DNA of 64,000 bases from positions 12,908-76,907 of the forward strand of contig JAFZNG010000021.1 in NCBI GenBank assembly GCA_017551025.1, read 5' to 3'. Both the position numbers and the translations under genes were made by a program. The notes beneath the pieces were generated by a model. It was not told the origin of the DNA. It worked only from the letters and a program-made list of their open reading frames with translations, and ran no database searches. Within the stretch, counting starts at the first letter, position 1; every line of letters begins with the position of its first letter. Origin of the DNA: Paludibacteraceae bacterium (GTDB taxonomy: Bacteria; Bacteroidota; Bacteroidia; Bacteroidales; Paludibacteraceae). Positions 56,401-64,000 of this stretch are shown piece by piece.

Positions 56401-56707
56401 CAACTACTATAAGGAATTCCGACGCACGATGCTGCCATACGAAGCAGTCAAAGCGGCTTACAAGGGCTCTATTCGCACTATTACGACTTCCGGTCTGATT
56501 ATGGTAGTAGCCCCGGGAGCTATGGCATTGCTGGTAGATGATATTACGATATCGGCGATTGTAGGATGCCTGGCGGTAGGTGCCGGCATGGCCGTACTGC
56601 TGATACTGATCGTACTGCCCGGTGTGCTGGTAGCCTTCGACAAACTCGTGGTACGGAAAAGTCAGCGTCTCGAACCGAAGCCCGAGACGCCAGATGAAAG
56701 CCGTTAG
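53456..56707 (+). CDS. MMPL/RND-superfamily transporter with an asymmetric, very large second extracytoplasmic region
   Basis: Two hydrophobic bundles of 5-6 TM segments (about aa 150-330 and 880-1060), with roughly 500 aa of soluble sequence between TM7 and the second bundle. Confidence 0.7.
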   Translation: MTRKRTHYILFYSTLLLALISGVLIFYTNVNSDMTKYLPKDSEMSQGLVILNEEFGTIPNTTGDVHAMFTDLNDQERRELVDSLSAYEEIDSVRYKQSSDGRYTLYDMDVAKSVNQKQLGQQIAKRFGHDAVVETSQDGATPPLSVIIIAAALILIILLVMAQSWVESFIILFTSGIAILLNMGTNALLPSVSITTNYIGSILQMVLSLDYCIVLLNRYRQEQRDETDKRDAVLAANKAIHRAFRPIMSSALTTVIGLLMLCFMRLRIGLDMGIVLAKGVICSLVCTFTVLPSMMMLLRNSINSTVKKAPVLPTDRLGRFATSHKIPMAIFAVCLFGFAYYFAGKTEIFFCTNGESEIEKVFPQPNPVVILYSNTDQDRIITLADSLKPIDGVQSIISYPTLLQQRYNADEMVRYIQGMTTQYSDLMPDTIPLDMLTPRLMQTLYYMHSRRDTAVTMTFPEMINFIEQNCLNDPMTRDFIDDDMRKQLALLHTIERTGPAEDEEEEDERIVVPKRPKKKYHSGKDIRTTPTDSIGQGATAHSEYILLTDFLPKLYKAAPSELTAELSRLSNRQQLNRQMTKRELSDFVGSSMAQTKMVFKFAKGHHETMSPLQYVHTLTDDLFQRRMLRAMVSDEQIEALTIRVQLMDMCNQDAALSPRELSQLLADFGITGLSTADLYAIAYPESQPTVSIAQNQTDSLAQDSMHLDSTELVKPVPVAKPKVTAKPVIASKKARKKSAAEIQQDRVTERILDLLEGKQSFRAEEMAKQFAYLGHEIPAEQVSLLYTYYGSMNDSTAGELLLTPETLINYLCDTLANDSRLQLFITAEQRQDISSIKPQLLSQMTRLNGERHSLLILLTDLPLESVRTFAALDSIHAQVDAQLTPETHYMIGESAMYREMKAGFGSEMTRISLLTIIAIFLIVAISFRSIIVPTILVVTVMTAVYVNVIFAGLLRGEMLYLAYLIVQSILMGATIDYGILFANYYKEFRRTMLPYEAVKAAYKGSIRTITTSGLIMVVAPGAMALLVDDITISAIVGCLAVGAGMAVLLILIVLPGVLVAFDKLVVRKSQRLEPKPETPDESR

Positions 56708-56717
56708 TTATTGGCTA

Positions 56718-59099
56718 TTAGTCTTTTTTATCTAAAGACCAGCGGAAGCCGGCATATACTTTCCATCCCGTAATAGGTCCCCATACCATCGACGCATCGA
56801 AATTAGCGCCGTAGGGGTCGTCTGCACCTATGATCGGATTGTCCTGACGGAAATTGGTCATATTCTCAGCACCTATATACACACTGCAGGTGCGGAAATA
56901 CTTAGTAATCTGGGCCATGAGTTGCGGATACCACCGGAGTGTCTGCGGCGTACCGTATCCTCCCATCAGGTCACCTTTAGCGTCAAATCCATCGGGCATA
57001 CGACTGATGCCGTTGAACTGGGCCGTCACGTCAAACTGCCATTTCTTGAGAGGTGTCTGATAACTCGTTGTAATGACCCCCTTATAGCGGTTGGTCAGGG
57101 CTTTCGGACGCAATTCAAACTGGTTCGTTGTCGCATTGAATGTCGTCTGCTCTATATCCGTCCAACGGAAGGCGGCCGTCCATGTCCATCCCCGCAGCAC
57201 TTCTATACTGGCCTCTACCTGTGCACAATGTGCAAAAGACTTTCCGTTGGGCATATCCTGCTGGTTATAGAAATACACAGCATGCGGATCACGGTCTAGA
57301 TCTACGATAAGCGAGTTCAGGAAATGGGTATAGTAATACTCTGCCGATAACTGCAACTGCTTGCTGCCCAGCGGGATATAAAAGGTCGTACTGACACCTG
57401 TATTGACGGCTTGCTCCTGTCCAATCTCATGGGTCATATGACTGACATCCATCGACTTACCGTCAAAGCGGTCGAATTTCAGCGCTCGGCTCGAAGGCAA
57501 CACAAAGGCATTGTCGGCCAGTACGTATGGCGTTCTGTACCCCATACCGGCACTCGCACGCAGCGTCCACCATTCGAAAGGCGAATAGCGTATATTCGCA
57601 CGCGGTGTGAAGAAGAATCCGTAATGAGGCGACCAATCCGCACGGACACCGGCTACCAGTGACAACTGCTCGCCGTATTTATACGCATACTCGGCAAAGA
57701 TACCGGGCGTCACGTCCAGATGACTGAAATCACCGATCGCACTAGCATAACCCGTCTGAGCGGTATTATAGACGCCCAACCAATCATAACACAGATCCAT
57801 CAGCACAGATACACCGGCATTCAATCGATGGTCGTTATCTACCTCGCCGCGTCCTTCCCAGTTGCGCTGCCATATACCGTTGAGATAGGCGTTCCATTGA
57901 TGGGCACGGCGGTTGCGCAGTCCGTAGGTATTATCCAGGTTATGGTAACTCAGCGACGTGATAAGCGCAATACTCGATCCGCTCTCATCGTCATACACAT
58001 AACCGTTCTTCAGGAATCCCTCCACGCGCCATGTATTGAGGTTGATCAGATACGGATTTGTCGCTGGCGCCGTCTTCTCTACGATCTGTCCGCCGCGACG
58101 ACGGTCATATAGTCCACGAGCAAAAGCGATCAAGGTATAGTCGCCATGACGGAAAAACCAACGGTTGGCTACATTCACATTTTGCACCAGCGGCATGTCC
58201 GCAAAACCGTCCTTGTTCTCGTCCATCGGCATAAAACTGCCACCATAGTGCGCCATCAGTCCGGTATACAAACTCTCGTGATGACAATGCGTATCATGCT
58301 CGTGATGTTCCTCGTGATGATCATGTTCCTTAAGGGGGATTTGCCAACCTCCTTCGATATTCACCTCGCCCATCAATTCACTATTGAGCATGAGGTTGAT
58401 GCTGAGCGGATTCTGAGTCTGGGGTTTGAGCAACTCTACGTTGATCTGACCGGAAACAGCCTCATAACCATTGATGACCGATGACGTACCTTTGCTCACC
58501 TGGATCGACTGCATCCACGAACCCGGGATATACTCCAGTCCGAAGTTCTGCGCCAATCCTCTTACGCCGGGCGTATTCTCCTGAAGCAACTGCACATACG
58601 TACCGCTCAGTCCGAGCAACTTGATTTGCTTGGCTCCCGTAGCGGCATCCGAATAAGCCACATCCACCGAGGCATTGGTTTCAAAAGCTTCGCTTAGGTT
58701 ACAGCAAGCCGCCTTGCACAATTCATCCACACCGATAGTCTCCGTATTGAACGCCGCCACGCGACTCTTTACCACACCGGCTTTGCGTTCGGTGATCGTC
58801 ACCTCGTCCAATGTCAGGTCGCTTACCAGTACCATGACCTGCTCCTCGCCACTCTTCACAAGCACCGTGTCTGCCCTATACCCGATAAACGAAGCAACCA
58901 GAAAATCCGTCTCCTTGACCTGCGGTATACGGAACGAACCATCCGGATCGGTCGTCACGCCTACGGTCGTTCCGCGCCAATACACATTGGCGCCGGGTAG
59001 TACTTCCCCTTTATCATCTAACACAACACCTTTGATATCAGCCGCATACATACAAAAAGCGGCACCTATACTCACCAAAATTAGTAACAATCTTTTCAT
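56718..59099 (-). CDS. TonB-dependent receptor (CarboxypepD_reg + plug + barrel) with a His-rich loop
   Basis: DIKGVVLDDKGEVLPGANVYW, plug region ...AACCNLSEAF...KGTSSVINGYE, the loop KEHDHHEEHHEHDTHCHHES, and an aromatic-rich C-terminus. The ATG at 59099 follows the -7 box. Confidence 0.8.
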   Translation of the reverse strand: MKRLLLILVSIGAAFCMYAADIKGVVLDDKGEVLPGANVYWRGTTVGVTTDPDGSFRIPQVKETDFLVASFIGYRADTVLVKSGEEQVMVLVSDLTLDEVTITERKAGVVKSRVAAFNTETIGVDELCKAACCNLSEAFETNASVDVAYSDAATGAKQIKLLGLSGTYVQLLQENTPGVRGLAQNFGLEYIPGSWMQSIQVSKGTSSVINGYEAVSGQINVELLKPQTQNPLSINLMLNSELMGEVNIEGGWQIPLKEHDHHEEHHEHDTHCHHESLYTGLMAHYGGSFMPMDENKDGFADMPLVQNVNVANRWFFRHGDYTLIAFARGLYDRRRGGQIVEKTAPATNPYLINLNTWRVEGFLKNGYVYDDESGSSIALITSLSYHNLDNTYGLRNRRAHQWNAYLNGIWQRNWEGRGEVDNDHRLNAGVSVLMDLCYDWLGVYNTAQTGYASAIGDFSHLDVTPGIFAEYAYKYGEQLSLVAGVRADWSPHYGFFFTPRANIRYSPFEWWTLRASAGMGYRTPYVLADNAFVLPSSRALKFDRFDGKSMDVSHMTHEIGQEQAVNTGVSTTFYIPLGSKQLQLSAEYYYTHFLNSLIVDLDRDPHAVYFYNQQDMPNGKSFAHCAQVEASIEVLRGWTWTAAFRWTDIEQTTFNATTNQFELRPKALTNRYKGVITTSYQTPLKKWQFDVTAQFNGISRMPDGFDAKGDLMGGYGTPQTLRWYPQLMAQITKYFRTCSVYIGAENMTNFRQDNPIIGADDPYGANFDASMVWGPITGWKVYAGFRWSLDKKD

Positions 59100-59119
59100 C
59101 GTGATTCTAAATTTTGGTG

Positions 59120-59145
59120 CAAAGGTACTGCTTTTTTTCTGCAAC
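59120..59145 (-). promoter_or_regulatory. -33/-7 promoter for the TonB-dependent receptor
   Basis: The reverse strand reads TTGCAGaaaaaaagcagTACCTTTG. Confidence 0.5.
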
Positions 59146-61095
59146 TCAGTTGCAAACTTGCTTTACGGCGCGCAAAATTGGATCTATCGACGGTTCAGCG
59201 CCTACTGCCCGGATCAACCATTGTTGGGGTGTCAATCGTCCCAGACGGTAGATACGCGCATATTCTTCGGCAAAAGCATGCGGGTCGGTAAACTTGGCCA
59301 GATGTTCCTCCAGTTGGTACTGTACGATATGTCCGAGCGGATAGTTGGGCAGATACATCGGAGCATTCACCATATGGCTGTATACGGCCAGCAACACGCA
59401 GTCGCGCTCACCCAACACGGGTTCGTAGTACTGATTCCACACCTCACGGGCTATACCGACCGTCGCCTCACACAGTTGCTTCGGCGTTGCATCCGGATGG
59501 GCGTATATCCATTGCCACATCTGCATATCCACCAGACTCACACCCATGATCTCGTACATCGACCAGAACTGATCCAATACTTCGTTGCTATTAGCCATTG
59601 GCTTTTGGCCATTAGGCATCAGTTGCAAGTCGCGATGCTGCCATAGGAAGGCACTGGCCTCCGTATAAGCCGTATTCGGTACGCCGCTAAGCATGTAATG
59701 ATCGATCTCATACATATCCAGCACTTGCTCTACGCAATGGCCAAACTCGTGCACGGCTATATTATATCCTTTATAATCCATGCCCGAGGGCGCGATACGC
59801 GTACGTAGGCGTGCAGGTTCTTGGCGTCCCATACACGGCCAGGCATGTCCCGAACCGCGAGCGGGTTCTACCACGATATGCTCCGCTATCTTCCGGGCCT
59901 CTTCGCCCAGGAAGCCCAAGCACTCCAGCAGGCGCGGCATATCCTTGGCAAAAGCCTCGGCATCGGGATACAGTCGGCGCGTCTGTTCGCTCAGTTCGTC
60001 CTCGTTGAGCGTAGCGCGCGTCTTAAAACCGTCGTACCATATATCATACGGACGCAACTCACGTCCCAGACGCGCACGAATCACCGCTGCCACTTGCTTC
60101 ACTTGCTCCGAACCCACCAGCGCGCGAAACAAACTGTCTATCTCCTGCGCCGGAATCTCCATACCCTCCTCAAAGTTGCGCTGGATACCCGTCGGAGCAG
60201 ACGGACAGTAACGATCTTCTTCCATGAGGGCATGCGCCGTGGCCAAGATACGCTCATAGCGCGTATAGGGCTCCGGATTCAGTGTGTCGGAATAGGGTTT
60301 CCACAGATAATCACCCTGATTGATAGCGGCTTGAGGAATTTGCTGACACACGATATGTTGCATGATCTGATAGATCATTTCCTGCTTCTCCTGTCCGGCA
60401 GCGGTATCGGCATAGAGTGCCTTGAGTTCGTCACGCAGATTCCAGTGGCTCAGCAACACCTTATCCTCCGGCCATAGTTGGCGGTCATCCTCGGTACGCA
60501 GACTGCCCATATAGATATTATAGTCGGCGATATAGTTCTCGGCATCAGCCTGAGCCTGTGCCAACCGGGCATTCACGTCAGCCGGCACGCGCGTCGTGAA
60601 CACATCTCCCAAACGCGCCATTGCCCACTCTTGTCGGCTCCAGTCTTTACCTAAGCTATTCTTCTCCTCCAGGCTATAATGCGGGAAGTTGATCACAGTG
60701 ATAAACGCAATCTTATTGGCAAACAGATCATCCGAGAAATGCGCCATCGGACTGTATCCCGACATGATCCAGTCGGCCGCAGTAGGCTCCCCGGCATTGG
60801 TCAACTGGGTAGGTTTAAGCAGTTCTACGGTCAGCATATCAGCCGACTCGTTGCATCGCTCCAGAATGCGACTGAGCGACTCAAACAGCACCCATCGTTC
60901 GCTGTCGGTCTGGCAGTAGTACGCACGCACCAGGTTTTGGAAATCCTCCTTACTACCGTCTTCCGCTGTCCATAACGCAGCCGCCTGATCGATACCACGC
61001 GACTGAAATTCAAGTCCTTCTGTCAGGTTCATCTCTTTCTTGCCGCAGGCCATGCATAGCACGACACACAGCACGCATAGGATTTTATTTCGCAT
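59146..61095 (-). CDS. Zinc metallopeptidase lipoprotein (HEFGH gluzincin, M3-like)
   Basis: Lipobox VVLCMAC and the HEXXH motif in IAVHEFGHCVEQ. Confidence 0.6.
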   Translation of the reverse strand: MRNKILCVLCVVLCMACGKKEMNLTEGLEFQSRGIDQAAALWTAEDGSKEDFQNLVRAYYCQTDSERWVLFESLSRILERCNESADMLTVELLKPTQLTNAGEPTAADWIMSGYSPMAHFSDDLFANKIAFITVINFPHYSLEEKNSLGKDWSRQEWAMARLGDVFTTRVPADVNARLAQAQADAENYIADYNIYMGSLRTEDDRQLWPEDKVLLSHWNLRDELKALYADTAAGQEKQEMIYQIMQHIVCQQIPQAAINQGDYLWKPYSDTLNPEPYTRYERILATAHALMEEDRYCPSAPTGIQRNFEEGMEIPAQEIDSLFRALVGSEQVKQVAAVIRARLGRELRPYDIWYDGFKTRATLNEDELSEQTRRLYPDAEAFAKDMPRLLECLGFLGEEARKIAEHIVVEPARGSGHAWPCMGRQEPARLRTRIAPSGMDYKGYNIAVHEFGHCVEQVLDMYEIDHYMLSGVPNTAYTEASAFLWQHRDLQLMPNGQKPMANSNEVLDQFWSMYEIMGVSLVDMQMWQWIYAHPDATPKQLCEATVGIAREVWNQYYEPVLGERDCVLLAVYSHMVNAPMYLPNYPLGHIVQYQLEEHLAKFTDPHAFAEEYARIYRLGRLTPQQWLIRAVGAEPSIDPILRAVKQVCN

Positions 61096-62275
61096 TGTAG
61101 GCTTCCAGGGCTTTACGTAACACGATCATGGCTTTGGCCAGGTCTTCCTTTTTGAGCACATAAGCCATGCGAACCTGATGACGACCGTCTTCGGGGTTGG
61201 TGTAGAAACCCGTACCGGGTGCCATCATGACGGTAGCTCCCTCATAGACAAAGTCCGTCAGACACCACTTGCAGAATTTCTCCGTATCATCTACCGGCAG
61301 TTCTACCATCACGTAGAACGCACCCGTCGGTGCCGGGGCAAAGACACCCGGAATCTGGTTCAACTGGTCGATCAGGAAATTACGACGACTCAGGTACTCA
61401 TCATATACCTCCTGCAAGTATTCTTCGGGCGTAGAGAGCGAAGCCTCTGCGATCACCTGACCGAACAACGGAGGACTTAGGCGCGCCTGGCAGAATTTCA
61501 TCACCGACTCGCGCACCGCTTTGTTCTTGGTAATCAACGCACCGATACGTATGCCGCACTCCGAATAACGCTTCGAGACGCTATCCACCAGAATGACGTT
61601 TTGCTCAATACCTTCCAGGTGGCAGGCCGAGATATAGGGCGACTTGGTATAGATAAACTCACGATACACCTCGTCCGAGATGAGGTACAGGTCGTATTTC
61701 TTCACCAGGTCGCGTATCTGACGCATCTCCTGCTTGGTGTACAGATAGCCGGTCGGGTTGTTGGGGTTGCAGATCAGAATCGCACGCGTCTTGGGCGTGA
61801 TCTGCTTCTCAAATTCCTCTACCGGAGGCAACTTAAAGCCATTCTTGATATCCGTCTTTACGGATTTCACTACCGCACCTGCCGAGATAGCAAACGCCAT
61901 ATAGTTGGCGTAACTGGGGTCGGTCACAATGATCTCATCCCCCGGATTCAGACACGACATATAGGCAAACATGATCGCCTCCGAACCACCTGCGGTGATG
62001 ATAATCTCATCGGGCGAGAGGTCAATACCGTAGTCGGCATAGTAACTCACCATCTTGGTACGCAGCGACTTCAGTCCCTGACTAGGTGAGTACGCGAGGA
62101 TATCCTCACTATACTGACGCACCGCCTCCATGGCCTGGGGCGGTGTTTTGATATCGGGCTGACCGATATTCAGGTGATATACGTGTGTGCCGGCCAACTT
62201 AGCGGCATCGGCATACTTAGCCAGTTTGCGAATCGGGCTCTGGGGCATCGATTGCGCGCGTAAACTAATCTCCAT
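61085..62275 (-). CDS. PLP-dependent aminotransferase, class I/II (aspartate/aromatic type)
   Basis: IRKLAKYA..., NPNNPTG, and the PLP-lysine block SVSKRYSECGIRIG. Confidence 0.85.
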   Translation of the reverse strand: MEISLRAQSMPQSPIRKLAKYADAAKLAGTHVYHLNIGQPDIKTPPQAMEAVRQYSEDILAYSPSQGLKSLRTKMVSYYADYGIDLSPDEIIITAGGSEAIMFAYMSCLNPGDEIIVTDPSYANYMAFAISAGAVVKSVKTDIKNGFKLPPVEEFEKQITPKTRAILICNPNNPTGYLYTKQEMRQIRDLVKKYDLYLISDEVYREFIYTKSPYISACHLEGIEQNVILVDSVSKRYSECGIRIGALITKNKAVRESVMKFCQARLSPPLFGQVIAEASLSTPEEYLQEVYDEYLSRRNFLIDQLNQIPGVFAPAPTGAFYVMVELPVDDTEKFCKWCLTDFVYEGATVMMAPGTGFYTNPEDGRHQVRMAYVLKKEDLAKAMIVLRKALEAYNAK

Positions 62276-62298
62276 ATCGTGTGTTTTTTTGGTTTCTC

Positions 62299-64000
62299 TT
62301 ATTCTACTGTCACCGACTTGGCCAGGTTGCGCGGTTGGTCTACATCACAACCCTTGACCACGGCAATATGATAGGCCATCAGCTGGAGCGGGATGACGGT
62401 CAATAGCGGCGTTAGGCACTCTTCCGTCTCCGGCACCTCGATCACGTAGTCCGCTATCTTGCGCACTAGTTCATCGCCCTCCGTCACCACGGCGATTACC
62501 CGACCCTTGCGGGCCTTGATCTCCTGGATATTCGAGACCACTTTCTCGTACGTACCGCAGCGCGGCGCCACTACTACTACCGGCATCTCCTGCGAGATCA
62601 AGGCAATCGGTCCGTGCTTCATCTCCGCAGCCGGATACCCCTCGGCATGGATGTACGAGATCTCTTTTAGTTTCAAGGCTCCCTCCATCGCTACGGGATA
62701 GTTGTATCCGCGTCCCAGATAGATGAAATTCTGGGCATATGTAAAGGTCTTGGCGAAATCCTGGATGCGTTTGTTCTGCTCCAGTACGCGCTCTATTTTC
62801 TGCGGTATCTGTCCCAATTCACGCACTACGCTCAGATACTGTTCCTCGCTCATCGTGCCCTTCTCGCGTCCAATGCAGAGTGCCAACATCGTCAGGGCCG
62901 TCACTTGTGCCGTGAATGCTTTCGTACTGGCCACACCAATCTCCGGACCTACGTGGGTATAGCAACCGCTATCGCTTACGCGCGGAATCGACGCACCTAC
63001 CACGTTGCATATCGAGAAGATAAACGCTCCTTTCTGTTTGGCCAGCTGGATAGCAGCCAGCGTGTCGGCGGTCTCGCCACTCTGCGAGATAGCAATGACC
63101 ACGTCGTCTTTATTGATCACAGGTTTACGGTAGCGGAACTCACTCGAATACTCCACCTCAACCGGTATCTGAGCAAACTCCTCGATGGCATACATCGCTA
63201 TCAGACCGGCATGCCAACTCGTGCCGCAGGCCGTGATGATGATACGCTTGGCGTTCAAGAAGCGCTCCTTGTTATCGATAAATCCAGACAGCGCGATATT
63301 GTCCTGACGCACGTTGACACGACCACGCATCGAGTCGGCCAGCGTACGCGGTTGCTCAAAGATCTCCTTGAGCATGAAATGCGGATAACCGCCTTTCTCC
63401 AGTTGGCTCAACGAAAGCTCCAGTCGCTTGATCTCGGGAGTTTTCTGAACGTTGTTAATCGTCGTAATATCTATGGAACTTTCAACTTTCAACTCTCCAA
63501 CTTCTTTCAACTCTAAACTCTCAACTCTCAACTTCAAGGAGACCACTTCTTCATCCTCGATATAAATCACCTTGTCGGTATACTCAACGATCGGCGTAGC
63601 GTCCGAAGCCAGGAAGTATTCGTCCTCACCGATGCCCACAACGAGCGGACTACCTTTTCTTGCGGCAATCAAGGTATCGGGGTTATCCTTATCCAGTACG
63701 ACGATAGCATACGCGCCAATCACCTGCTGCAGTGCCAGTTGTACGGCCGTCTTCAGGTCTACATGACGGTTGACCTGGGTATATTCGATCAGTTGCACCA
63801 GCACCTCGGTGTCGGTGTCCGACTTGAAGGTATAGCCCTCTTGCATCAATCCGGCTTTCAGCACCGCATAGTTCTCGATGATACCGTTATGAATGATAGC
63901 CAGCCGCTCCGATTCCGAGTAATGGGGATGAGCATTCTGGGTATTGGGTTCTCCGTGCGTAGCCCAACGGGTATGTGCAATACCTATCGTGCCGTCGATA
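62299..64000 (-). CDS. glmS: Glutamine--fructose-6-phosphate aminotransferase; N-terminus lies beyond the window end
   Basis: Two SIS domains (GTSWHAG, SQSGETADT) and the C-terminus PRNLAKSVTVE. Upstream of the track's GTG start, the same frame continues to the window edge with IGIAHTRWATHGEP...HPH. Confidence 0.92.
   Translation of the reverse strand, partial: IDGTIGIAHTRWATHGEPNTQNAHPHYSESERLAIIHNGIIENYAVLKAGLMQEGYTFKSDTDTEVLVQLIEYTQVNRHVDLKTAVQLALQQVIGAYAIVVLDKDNPDTLIAARKGSPLVVGIGEDEYFLASDATPIVEYTDKVIYIEDEEVVSLKLRVESLELKEVGELKVESSIDITTINNVQKTPEIKRLELSLSQLEKGGYPHFMLKEIFEQPRTLADSMRGRVNVRQDNIALSGFIDNKERFLNAKRIIITACGTSWHAGLIAMYAIEEFAQIPVEVEYSSEFRYRKPVINKDDVVIAISQSGETADTLAAIQLAKQKGAFIFSICNVVGASIPRVSDSGCYTHVGPEIGVASTKAFTAQVTALTMLALCIGREKGTMSEEQYLSVVRELGQIPQKIERVLEQNKRIQDFAKTFTYAQNFIYLGRGYNYPVAMEGALKLKEISYIHAEGYPAAEMKHGPIALISQEMPVVVVAPRCGTYEKVVSNIQEIKARKGRVIAVVTEGDELVRKIADYVIEVPETEECLTPLLTVIPLQLMAYHIAVVKGCDVDQPRNLAKSVTVE
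63477..63537. repeat. Tandem heptamers AACTTTC/AACTCTC, about 8 copies, inside glmS
   Basis: Encodes LKLRVESLELKEVGELKVESS in the inter-domain region. It is the reverse complement of the GAGTTGA/CGAAAGT families at 32.3-32.5 kb. Confidence 0.9.

Overview
64 kb of a Bacteroidota chromosome, probably Bacteroidales. Support: PorU/PorV type IX secretion genes, and many gene starts preceded by the -33 TTTG / -7 TAnnTTTG promoter, usually as TTTGCA-N19-TAccTTTG. Most of the window is housekeeping: dnaA (5' part, cut by the window edge), an MlaD-like protein, an amidase, relA/spoT, meaB, dnaB, asnS, cvpA, folK, thrS, a MurF-like/alr fusion, an LptD-like protein, slyD, der, porU, porV, ispF, aroK, sufE, ftsE, an aminotransferase and glmS (partial). 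One tRNA-Ser(GCT) is present. I found no rRNA, CRISPR array, transposase or integrase. From about 16.7 to 28.8 kb, between folK and yqeY/tRNA-Ser, lies an accessory stretch that looks AT-richer by eye. It holds a cluster of tiny reverse-strand genes (one DUF4248-like), a GNAT toxin-like gene coupled to a 44-aa ORF, two paralogous secreted-protein + micro-ORF cassettes, a DUF4143-type AAA ATPase bracketed by a perfect 65-bp direct repeat, and a class II Fic protein. Other points worth a second look: (1) dispersed families of 7-9 nt tandem repeats, several inside intact housekeeping ORFs; (2) an exported trypsin-like protease, an orthocaspase and a PPC-domain lipoprotein side by side; (3) duplicated tRNA-Ser 3' end sequence; (4) a promoter-to-terminator segment with no convincing ORF. 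All product names come from motif recognition by eye. No database search or computation was run.
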